Origin: Cupriavidus necator
Lineage (GTDB): Bacteria; Pseudomonadota; Gammaproteobacteria; Burkholderiales; Burkholderiaceae
Direction of reading: 5' to 3'
Assembly (NCBI RefSeq): GCF_016127575.1
Contig: NZ_CP066018.1
Span: 540,001 to 572,000, forward strand
DNA: 32,000 nt
This document shows, piece by piece, positions 1-7,446 of the stretch. The notes beneath the pieces were generated by a model that was given only the letters and a program-made list of their open reading frames with translations, was not told where the DNA came from and ran no database searches. The first letter of the stretch is position 1. The number at the start of each line of letters is the position of its first letter. The translations under genes and the position numbers were made by a program.

Positions 1-297
1 CTCCAGCCGACGCTGGCGGGCTTTGCCGAACCCAGTTCGTTCCGGCATTTCCTGCAGTGCCTGCGGACGCAAGCCCGCGCGGCCTCGCTGGGTTCATTCG
101 AGAGCACGCTATCCAGTTACCGCCAGGCGCTCGACGCCGCCCAAGCAGTGCTCGAGCGCCTGGATAAAAAGTCCGTCTCAAGCAAGCAACGCAACATCCT
201 GGCCAGCGAATGCATCGATGCCGTCCGCGCTGGCCTGCATGTCCTCGAACGGAACCACGGCCCTCGCCTGCGCAGGCTTTGGGGAAGACTGTCATAG
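1..297 (+). CDS. 3' end of an unidentified protein-coding gene (5' part lies outside the window)
   Basis: Frame 1 is open from nt 1 to TAG 295-297 (98 codons, checked codon by codon). Third positions are mostly G/C and the peptide looks helical (...LDAAQAVLERLDKKSVSSKQRNILASECIDAVRAGLHVLERNHG...). It is absent from the ORF track because there is no start inside the window. Preferred over track ORF 23..337 (TTG start, other frame, Arg/Pro/Ser-rich). Confidence 0.45.
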   Translation, partial: LQPTLAGFAEPSSFRHFLQCLRTQARAASLGSFESTLSSYRQALDAAQAVLERLDKKSVSSKQRNILASECIDAVRAGLHVLERNHGPRLRRLWGRLS

Positions 298-355
298 CCA
301 GCGCGACCCGCTTGTCCATGCGCAGCGGTTGACCTAAGCGCGCGTCCCCGATGAC

Positions 356-379
356 GCGGTGGTGGTCAAACGCCACCGC
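356..379 (+). other. stem-loop between the upstream partial gene and the RT gene (7-bp stem GCGGTGG/CCACCGC, 10-nt loop)
   Basis: GCGGTGG (356-362) pairs with CCACCGC (373-379). No U-run follows, so it is not a canonical intrinsic terminator. Confidence 0.2.
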
Positions 380-468
380 CCCCCTGACCTACCTGGCGAC
401 GCGCGGCTTGCCGATCGCCCGGCTCCGCCGCCGACGCCCTTTGCCCGGCGCCCGACACAGCCCAAGTC

Positions 469-3400
469 ATGACGAGTTCGAAATATCAGTTTCTGGCGCC
501 CACGGTGGCGCTCCTTTCCGACAAGGTCGTACTGGCCCAGGCCTGGAAGAAAACGCACACCTATATCCGCAAACATAACTGGTTTGCCGACACGCTCGAA
601 CTCGACACGTCGGCGGTCGATCTTGAGCAAACCTTGGAACAGTGGGCGCAAACGCTGCGCACAGGCCAATATCTTAACCAGGCGGCCAGGATGGTTCCCG
701 CACCCAAAAGCGGCCGCTGGGTCATCGGCACCGTGCCCCAGCGGCCAGAGCCTGGCTGGTATCCCGTGGTCGACCCCGGTGAAGCGCCCGTTCTCCGGCC
801 ACTCGCGCATCTTCCCGTCCGGGAGCAGACCGTGGCCAGTGCCCTCATGCTCTGTCTTGCGGATTGCATCGAAACGCTCCAGGGGCCCACCATCGGGCAT
901 GCCGACTTCGCCGAGGCGCAGCGCATGGGCGTGTACAGCTATGGAAACCGCCTGCTGTGTTCCTGGACCGAGCTCCTGCCGGGGACGAAACATGCCCGGT
1001 TTCGTTGGGGCAACTCCGACATCTACACGCGATACTTCACCGACTATCAGCGATTCATCGACCGGCCCAAGTACTTTGCCGAACAGGCGCGCGACAAGGG
1101 TGGCACCGTGCTGCTCGTCAAGCTGGATCTGTCCGCTTTCTACGACAACATCGACGTTGGACGACTAATCGAGTCCCTGCGGCGACACTATGCGAAGTTT
1201 TGCGAAACATTTCCTGATTATCCCAAGCACGACGAGGATTTCCTCGCGGTGGCGCGCGAAGCCCTGACGCTGCGCTGGGATCCTCAGGACTCGACCTATG
1301 CGCCCCTGCTACGCGACCGCGCTCTACCCAGAGGTCTGGCGCAGGGTCTGGCCGCCAGCGGCTTCTTTGCCAACGCCTACCTGATCGACTTCGACAAGGA
1401 AATTGGACGTCAGCTCAACACCGCGATTCACTTCGAAGGAGACGAGTTCACTCTGGTGGACTACTGTCGGTACGTCGATGATCTGCGTATCGTCGTCTCG
1501 GTCGACGCCAGGCTGCCGCACACACACATCCCTGGCGTGATTACCCAATGGGTCCAGCGTATCCTGGACGTGACGGTGAACGAGCATGTCGAGGACGACC
1601 GCAACGTTCTGAAACTGAACGCACGCAAGACCGAGCACGAAGAGTTCGCGGCCGTCAGCGCGGAAAGTGGCGATGTGGCGGCCATGCGCCTGCTGCAGCA
1701 AAGCCTGAGTGGCCCGTTTGATCTGGAATCGCTCCAACAGACCTCGGCGGGCCTGAACGGCCTTCTCGCACTGGCCGAACTCAGCCGCGAGGCCGAGACA
1801 AGCGCTCCCTCGTCTTCGCCCTTGTCCCTCATCGAACGGCCCAAGCTACAGGTCAAGGACGATACGCTGACGCGGTTTGCAGCGTTTCGCCTTGTCAAAA
1901 GCCTGCGACTGAAGATGAGCTTTCTGGGCGAGGAGGCGGCCGGTGTCGCGCACGAATGCGAAGCCGTCGCGCGTCGCCTCGCGGCCGCCTGGGTCACGAA
2001 TCCCGCCCTGGTGCAAGTGCTTCGCTACGCGTTCGGGATCTACCCGGCCGCCGACATCCTGCTCCCGGTACTCGAAGCGCTGCGCGACAAGCTCGACTGC
2101 CCGGTCGCGTTCGAGCGCCTCGTGGCCCAATACGTGCTTGCCGAACTCTTCCGGTCCGGGGCCACCGAGATTGGCTGGGATAGCGATGCCGGGCCCGGGC
2201 CGGATGTCGAGCACTTCCGGGACGCGCTGGCGGCCACCGCACATCAACTGCTGAATCGACGCGATTCCCCGTGGTACCTCCAGCAACAAGCCTCGCTCTT
2301 CCTGACGGTAACTGGTCGGCCGCTTGCGCCGCCCGAAGGAACGCCCGAGCTGCATCGTCACGCGATCGTTGCCGGACTGGTACAGGGCCATCCCGGCCCG
2401 GCACAGACCCTCCCGGCCGGCGACTTCGTTGCCCTCAGCTATGTCGCCTACCAGATCACGGGGTCGCAAGCGAATTTCAAGCGCGGGATCCAGGCCTGGT
2501 CCAAGGGGCGAAATCAGGAAGCGCTGCGGCTGGCGCGCGAGCTGTTGCGTCAGACCGATAGCGAACTGTACGACTACTGCTTCGCGCGCCCACCACGCCC
2601 AAGGCAACGCACACCAGCCGATATCACCGGTGCTGGAGACCACACGCGCCCTTCGGGTCCCCCTCTGCGCAACAGCGTCTGGCTGCCTTTGCAGGTGGTC
2701 TTCTGCCGCGCTCACAATCCGCTCCGCCAGGAGAATGCGCTGCTGAAGCTGGCGCTTGGCCTGGTGCGCTGTATGCGGAAAGCCGATACGCCCGAACAAC
2801 TGCGACCGGACTTCATTCAGGTCCGCTGTGCCGATTGGGACAGACTATCCCATCCGCACGTTCACCTTGAAGTCAGCCCCTCGTTGCGGAAATCGCGCGA
2901 AACCCTGAACGCGCTCTATACCACGCCAGAATGGTGTGAGGGATTTGCGGCGTGGACCTACGCACTGGGCCGCGTGCTACGCGCCGCCGCCCTAGGCAAC
3001 GTCGACTTCACCAGTCGCCGCTATGTGCTCGCCGGGGAGCCAAGCCCTTACACAGGCATTCGCTCGACCTGGCAGAAACGCCGCTTCGGCATGCATCATG
3101 CGTCCGGCTCGATTACCGGCCACGACGCCTCCGTCACCCCATGGTTCAGCGAACTGCTGTTGCAGCTCCTGCGATGGCCCGGCCTCGAAGTCGAGAGTCC
3201 ACTGATCCCGCAGGCTGCCGCTATCGAGTCCTTCGACATACTGGAAACGATACTCTATGAACGGTTACAGGGGCAGAACGCCATTTTCGGACGCAGCTCC
3301 ATGGTGCCAGTCTATCGCTTTCCGGTTCAGTTCCCCTTGCGGCGCGAGTCTCGCCTTCGCGTCGTGGTGGTACAGGGTCTGCTGCCGCAAGCTTCGCACT

Positions 3401-4245
3401 TCACGGAGTTTGGTAAGTGTCTGGACGGTAGCGACTACAGAGCCTGGCATCGGCAACACCTCGGCCTTTTGAGTGTCCTGATCAACCGGCACGTACGTAC
3501 GCTCGCTCACGCAAAAGCAGAACCTGGCGAGGAAGCGGAGGGGCGGCCTTTCGTGGACCTCATCGTGTTCCCCGAGCTTTCCGTTCATGTCGAGGATTTC
3601 GATCTGCTACGTGCCCTGTCGGACGCAACGGGCGCCATCATCTATGCCGGCATGGTAGGAGAGCTGTCGCCAATAACGAGGGCACCGATCAATGTTGCCA
3701 AGTGGATCATCCCTCAGCGACGGGAAACGGGCCGGTCATTCCTCGTCATCAACCAGGGCAAGTTTCATCTTACAAAGGACGAGCGGGAGATAGGAATGGA
3801 GTCATGGCGGCCGTATCAGGCTATCATCGAGCTCCGCAGCGGGAGTCGCACCTACGCCATCAGCGGCGCCATCTGCTATGACGCCACGGACATCGCCCTC
3901 GCTGCCGACTTGCGCGACCAGTCCCACATGTTCGTGGTCGCCGCCATGAACAAGGACATCAAGACGTTCGATGGCATGATTAGCGCGCTCCGCTTCCACA
4001 TGTATCAGCATGTGGTACTCGCGAATAGCGGTGAATATGGAGGCTCCACGACCCAGGCCCCCTACTCCAAGGAGCACCATCGCGTCGTGAGTCACATGCA
4101 TGGCGGCCAGCAGATCGGGATCAGCGTTTTCGAGGTCGAGACGGACGACTTTGGTCCGGGTGGCAAGGCCTTCCCGAGCTCCGGAACAGGGAATGGCAAG
4201 ACGCCACCGGCGGGACTGCGGCGAGTTCCATGGGGCACCACTTAA
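469..4245 (+). CDS. reverse transcriptase fused to a helical-repeat region and a C-terminal nitrilase (C-N hydrolase) domain; UG/Abi class 1, DRT1-like defence-associated RT
   Basis: 1258-codon ORF, ATG 469, TAA 4243-4245. RT motif A is LVKLDLSAFYDNID (Asp codon 1126-1128). Motif B is LPRGLAQGLAASGFFANAYL. Motif C is YCRYVDDLRIV (YVDD = nt 1471-1482). Motif D/E is LKLNARKTE. Roughly aa 450-950 are Leu/Ala-rich and helical. The C-terminal part has a nitrilase-superfamily triad context: LIVFPELS (Glu 3574-3576), NQGKFHL (Lys 3760-3762), ISGAICYDATD (Cys 3874-3876). Confidence 0.9.
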   Translation: MTSSKYQFLAPTVALLSDKVVLAQAWKKTHTYIRKHNWFADTLELDTSAVDLEQTLEQWAQTLRTGQYLNQAARMVPAPKSGRWVIGTVPQRPEPGWYPVVDPGEAPVLRPLAHLPVREQTVASALMLCLADCIETLQGPTIGHADFAEAQRMGVYSYGNRLLCSWTELLPGTKHARFRWGNSDIYTRYFTDYQRFIDRPKYFAEQARDKGGTVLLVKLDLSAFYDNIDVGRLIESLRRHYAKFCETFPDYPKHDEDFLAVAREALTLRWDPQDSTYAPLLRDRALPRGLAQGLAASGFFANAYLIDFDKEIGRQLNTAIHFEGDEFTLVDYCRYVDDLRIVVSVDARLPHTHIPGVITQWVQRILDVTVNEHVEDDRNVLKLNARKTEHEEFAAVSAESGDVAAMRLLQQSLSGPFDLESLQQTSAGLNGLLALAELSREAETSAPSSSPLSLIERPKLQVKDDTLTRFAAFRLVKSLRLKMSFLGEEAAGVAHECEAVARRLAAAWVTNPALVQVLRYAFGIYPAADILLPVLEALRDKLDCPVAFERLVAQYVLAELFRSGATEIGWDSDAGPGPDVEHFRDALAATAHQLLNRRDSPWYLQQQASLFLTVTGRPLAPPEGTPELHRHAIVAGLVQGHPGPAQTLPAGDFVALSYVAYQITGSQANFKRGIQAWSKGRNQEALRLARELLRQTDSELYDYCFARPPRPRQRTPADITGAGDHTRPSGPPLRNSVWLPLQVVFCRAHNPLRQENALLKLALGLVRCMRKADTPEQLRPDFIQVRCADWDRLSHPHVHLEVSPSLRKSRETLNALYTTPEWCEGFAAWTYALGRVLRAAALGNVDFTSRRYVLAGEPSPYTGIRSTWQKRRFGMHHASGSITGHDASVTPWFSELLLQLLRWPGLEVESPLIPQAAAIESFDILETILYERLQGQNAIFGRSSMVPVYRFPVQFPLRRESRLRVVVVQGLLPQASHFTEFGKCLDGSDYRAWHRQHLGLLSVLINRHVRTLAHAKAEPGEEAEGRPFVDLIVFPELSVHVEDFDLLRALSDATGAIIYAGMVGELSPITRAPINVAKWIIPQRRETGRSFLVINQGKFHLTKDEREIGMESWRPYQAIIELRSGSRTYAISGAICYDATDIALAADLRDQSHMFVVAAMNKDIKTFDGMISALRFHMYQHVVLANSGEYGGSTTQAPYSKEHHRVVSHMHGGQQIGISVFEVETDDFGPGGKAFPSSGTGNGKTPPAGLRRVPWGTT

Positions 4246-4285
4246 ACGAAGCGTGCCTCAATCCGTGCGCTGGACCAACGTCGCA

Positions 4286-4307
4286 GCAGGAACTCGCGGG
4301 TTCCTGC
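4286..4307 (+). other. perfect 8-bp stem-loop in the RT / 2-TM gene spacer (possible attenuator, processing site or weak terminator)
   Basis: GCAGGAAC (4286-4293), loop TCGCGG, GTTCCTGC (4300-4307). It is followed by GCCAAAAC rather than a U-run. Confidence 0.3.
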
Positions 4308-4362
4308 GCCAAAACGATCGACTATGCCGGCGATCGTCCTAACATCGCCATTTGAATAAGTC

Positions 4363-5241
4363 ATGTCCCTCGTAGGCATCCTCAGTTCGCCATCACAGCG
4401 ACGCAGCTTTTTGCTCCTGTCTAGCATCCTTCTAGCCATCGGCCTCGTGGGCGTCTTTGCGATCGCCTTCTACGCGCCCAACACAGCCGTTTGGAACGCC
4501 GCCAACAGTCTATTCATCTCGATTGTCGCCGGTGGGGTCTTTGCGCTCGCCTCGGGCCTGTATATCCTCTATTTCTTTGTCGATCCCAACGACATGGCCG
4601 CGACCGCCATTCTGCTGCCGCAGGACATCGGTCAGGCACTCGAAGACATTGCGAATAAGGCCACCGATTACAAGATCTTCGTGCGAACCGGCAGGCATTT
4701 TCGAGCCGAAATTCTCCCTTTGCTTGTGAAGCAGGCACGGCGGAATCGGCTTCCGATCCGCGTCGAGATCATTCTCCTCGATTTCCGCGACGACACCCTC
4801 TGCACCAAATATGCAAGCTACCGCAAAACGTCATCCTTTGACCGCCAAGCCTGGAGCGCGCGATACGTGCAGCAAGAGGTGTTGGCGACGATCCTCAAGG
4901 TTATCGAAGTCTCGCGAGACAATCGGGGATTAGTTGACATTCAACTATTTCTCAGCAAGCGCCTGTCGACCTTCCGCATCGAGGGCTCTTCCGACGAGAT
5001 TCTGGTCACCCGGGAGGACCCAAAGGACACTGCCGCTCGCTATCTGCGCAGTCATCGAGACTTTTCGGCATTCGTCAACGAGCTCTCCTGGATACGCGAC
5101 GATGCCTACCGGATTGCAGCCAATGACGATGGGGCTCTCCCCACGACGCTTGCCGCGATGTTCGGAGACGATGCCCCTATCGCAGACATAGAAGCGCAAG
5201 CCGCACGCGCCATGACCTCGGCATCACCTTATGTCCGCTAA
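4363..5241 (+). CDS. membrane protein with two N-terminal TM helices and an uncharacterised ~210-aa soluble C-terminal domain
   Basis: 292-codon ORF. Hydrophobic stretches are FLLLSSILLAIGLVGVFAIAFYA and LFISIVAGGVFALASGLYILYFFV (about nt 4408-4581). The remainder is a mixed charged/hydrophobic globular-looking sequence. Same strand as the RT, 117 nt downstream. I recognised no family motif. Confidence 0.7.
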   Translation: MSLVGILSSPSQRRSFLLLSSILLAIGLVGVFAIAFYAPNTAVWNAANSLFISIVAGGVFALASGLYILYFFVDPNDMAATAILLPQDIGQALEDIANKATDYKIFVRTGRHFRAEILPLLVKQARRNRLPIRVEIILLDFRDDTLCTKYASYRKTSSFDRQAWSARYVQQEVLATILKVIEVSRDNRGLVDIQLFLSKRLSTFRIEGSSDEILVTREDPKDTAARYLRSHRDFSAFVNELSWIRDDAYRIAANDDGALPTTLAAMFGDDAPIADIEAQAARAMTSASPYVR

Positions 5242-5863
5242 GCCTAGCTTCCCTTTGGAATGGGATCTGATTCGGGGTGAGCCAGTGACCGCACTTCAAG
5301 CCGCCATCAAGTCATGGCTGATGCGAGCGAAGCCGAACTGTCTGATTCACCCCCACGGCTTTTACGTCGTCATGCTGGGACGCGACGATTCGGCGGAATG
5401 GCGCCTGCATTTCTGGCCTCCCGGACGACGGCCGGTGACCGGAATGCCGGCTTACATCCACACGCACAATTGCCACGTGGACAGCCGGATCATCAAAGGT
5501 GAGATCACGAACATCCTCTATGACGTGGCCGAACGCCCGGCGGACGGGCAACCGCTCTATGAAGTCGACTACATCGGGGATCGATACGCCGCGGCGACGA
5601 GAAACGTTCTTCGGAAGACTGTCAACAGAGTCCAAGCCACGGCACGGGCGCAATGTACGTACGCATGCGGCGACGTGTACCATGTTGAGCGCGATACCTA
5701 TCACCAGGCTATGGTTTCGGAGCAAATCCGCACGGCAACGTTGGTTTGCATGCGTGAACGCTCGCTTGGGCCCGTCAGGGTTGTCGGGCTTGATGGCTAT
5801 CCGGAGATTATCTCTTTCACGCGCAACGAGTATCAATCGCTCGACTTTTGTGAATGGCTTTAG
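5231..5863 (+). CDS. cupin-fold protein resembling cysteine dioxygenase type I (CDO-like metal site)
   Basis: 210-codon ORF. WRLHFWPPG...AYIHTHNCHVDSRIIKGEITNILY parallels the CDO signature (..CW.pG..s.IHDH..shcf.k.L.G.L.E.ly). A further His pair sits in GDVYHVERDTYHQ. ATG 5231 overlaps the upstream stop (TAA 5239-5241) by 11 nt. The antisense ORF 5312..6034 was rejected. Confidence 0.6.
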   Translation: MSAKPSFPLEWDLIRGEPVTALQAAIKSWLMRAKPNCLIHPHGFYVVMLGRDDSAEWRLHFWPPGRRPVTGMPAYIHTHNCHVDSRIIKGEITNILYDVAERPADGQPLYEVDYIGDRYAAATRNVLRKTVNRVQATARAQCTYACGDVYHVERDTYHQAMVSEQIRTATLVCMRERSLGPVRVVGLDGYPEIISFTRNEYQSLDFCEWL

Positions 5864-6258
5864 CAGTGAAAAGCCTTCTCCTCCGTGTTTGGCTTGGTTA
5901 TCATAATCGCCAGCCGATAATTGATGCCGACTCGTGAAGATCAATCCGGCTGCATCTCCTGGCGTGCTCTGGCTTCGTGCGGCCGCACTTGCTTGATCCG
6001 ACTCCAGCCCCCGGGTGCGGCCTTGAATTTCCAACGGATCTCAAGGCCGATAGTTCTCTCTCAGCTATCGGATGTCAACGAGAATCGAACGACACGGACG
6101 GGTAGTCTACAGCTTGTGTCCGAGTAGCGGAACTGCCTGACGTTCAGGCACTTATCGGTCAGGGATCGACGCTACGCAACGCGTAGACGATCGTTGCTCC
6201 AGCCGTTTCCAGGCCGTGTACTCCTCCTTGGCATTTTTTTCACCGTCAACGAATTGCC

Positions 6259-7446
6259 ATGTCACTTCCCACCGATTTCGTTGCTGCGCTCGACTGCCCA
6301 CCGTTCGCCGAGATCCTCGCAGAGTTGCGACGCAAGGATCGAGCACCCAAGTCGACGTTTCTTACCCTCAGAAACGAGGTCGCACCAAGCGATCTGTACT
6401 GCTATTTCCGCGCTCGATTTGGTCTTCCGAATGGCCCACAGAATTTTTTGCGGAATGACAGCTCGGACAACCTGATCCACTGGGAATGGATGCTACGGAC
6501 GTCCACCGGTTGGGTGCTGTTCCAAGGGACGAACTTCCGGACGATCGTCCTCCTTCTTGACACTCACGGCATCAGCCAAGCCGACATGCCAGCCCTGGCC
6601 ACTCAGATCAAGGCCGATTTCGCGGGTCACGGCAAGCAGATGGCTCAGTTGCGAAAGTCGCTCGAAGACTGGACCGAGTTCGTGAATCCGTATCAGCGGA
6701 TCCGCAGTTCAGTCAACTCGCTCCTCCGCGAACTGGACGCTTTGAACCTTTGCCCCGAAGATGAGGCAATCCCGGACATCACGAGCGCCCACCAGGAGCT
6801 TGACACCGACTGGTCTGAGGTGGCCGCAAGATACTCAAAGGGCCTTGGCCTATGCTTCGGCATCCGATCGATGCTCCCGGTAATGGCCGAAGCTTTCGTC
6901 AATCTCCTGCTGTTCGCCCTCATGCGGCCCGAACTAAAATCCGACGAGAGACTGCGAGACAACGCGATCCGCCAGCCCATCGACGTTCGCATCAAAAGTC
7001 TCTCCATGACCTGCATCGGCTTCGCGTCTCCAGTGGACTACAAGCATGCAGCGTTCAAGGCGTATCACACCCTGATGAATGAGAGAAACGACCTGCTTCA
7101 TGGCAATGTTGTACTTGAGAAACTCAAGTTTAATGAGGTCTATTTCAACGGCCGCGCTCCCATCTTCAAGCACTACAGATCGCTATGGGAGCGCACAGTC
7201 GGTGTCGATATTCAGGCTGTTGGCCTGCACCGACTGGCGCACGAAGTCCAGGTCGTAGACAGCATGTTGGCTCAGTTGAAGACTCACCTTACTCCGACGA
7301 CACGCAAGTTCATCGAACAAGTGTCTGAGCAACGCGACCTTGCCGTTGACGAAGGGAGGGGAAAGTTCGGTGTGCTGTTCTCCCGGCGGCTCGTCGACAT
7401 GCTCGTGCCAGGCGGCAGTGAAGCCGACCCGGTTATTGTGTCCTAA
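6259..7446 (+). CDS. hypothetical protein with an Rx4H HEPN-like motif (putative RNase-type effector)
   Basis: 395-codon ORF with coding-like composition. YHTLMNERNDLLHGNV contains R-N-D-L-L-H (Arg 7084-7086, His 7099-7101). This matches the HEPN consensus Rx4-6H with the typical polar Asn after Arg, inside a helical C-terminal half. The call rests on this motif only. Confidence 0.65.
   Translation: MSLPTDFVAALDCPPFAEILAELRRKDRAPKSTFLTLRNEVAPSDLYCYFRARFGLPNGPQNFLRNDSSDNLIHWEWMLRTSTGWVLFQGTNFRTIVLLLDTHGISQADMPALATQIKADFAGHGKQMAQLRKSLEDWTEFVNPYQRIRSSVNSLLRELDALNLCPEDEAIPDITSAHQELDTDWSEVAARYSKGLGLCFGIRSMLPVMAEAFVNLLLFALMRPELKSDERLRDNAIRQPIDVRIKSLSMTCIGFASPVDYKHAAFKAYHTLMNERNDLLHGNVVLEKLKFNEVYFNGRAPIFKHYRSLWERTVGVDIQAVGLHRLAHEVQVVDSMLAQLKTHLTPTTRKFIEQVSEQRDLAVDEGRGKFGVLFSRRLVDMLVPGGSEADPVIVS

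Noticed and set aside
23-337. Track ORF (104 aa, TTG start) at the left edge
   Set aside because: The peptide is Arg/Pro/Ser/Cys-rich. Frame 1 (1-297) has more regular G/C third positions and a protein-like translation, so I treat 23..337 as an out-of-frame shadow.
334-993. 219-aa minus-strand ORF overlapping the RT start region
   Set aside because: It is antisense to the RT N-terminus, which carries conserved-looking sequence. Its composition is Gly/Arg/Pro-rich, typical of antisense frames in high-GC DNA.
1846-2799. 317-aa minus-strand ORF inside the RT gene
   Set aside because: It lies entirely within the 1258-aa RT ORF on the opposite strand. It is an Arg/Gly/Ala-rich antisense artefact with no motifs.
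5312-6034. 240-aa minus-strand ORF opposite the cupin gene
   Set aside because: The plus-strand frame carries the CDO-like HxH motif and is translationally coupled to the upstream gene. The antisense peptide is Arg/Ser/Asp-rich with no recognisable features.
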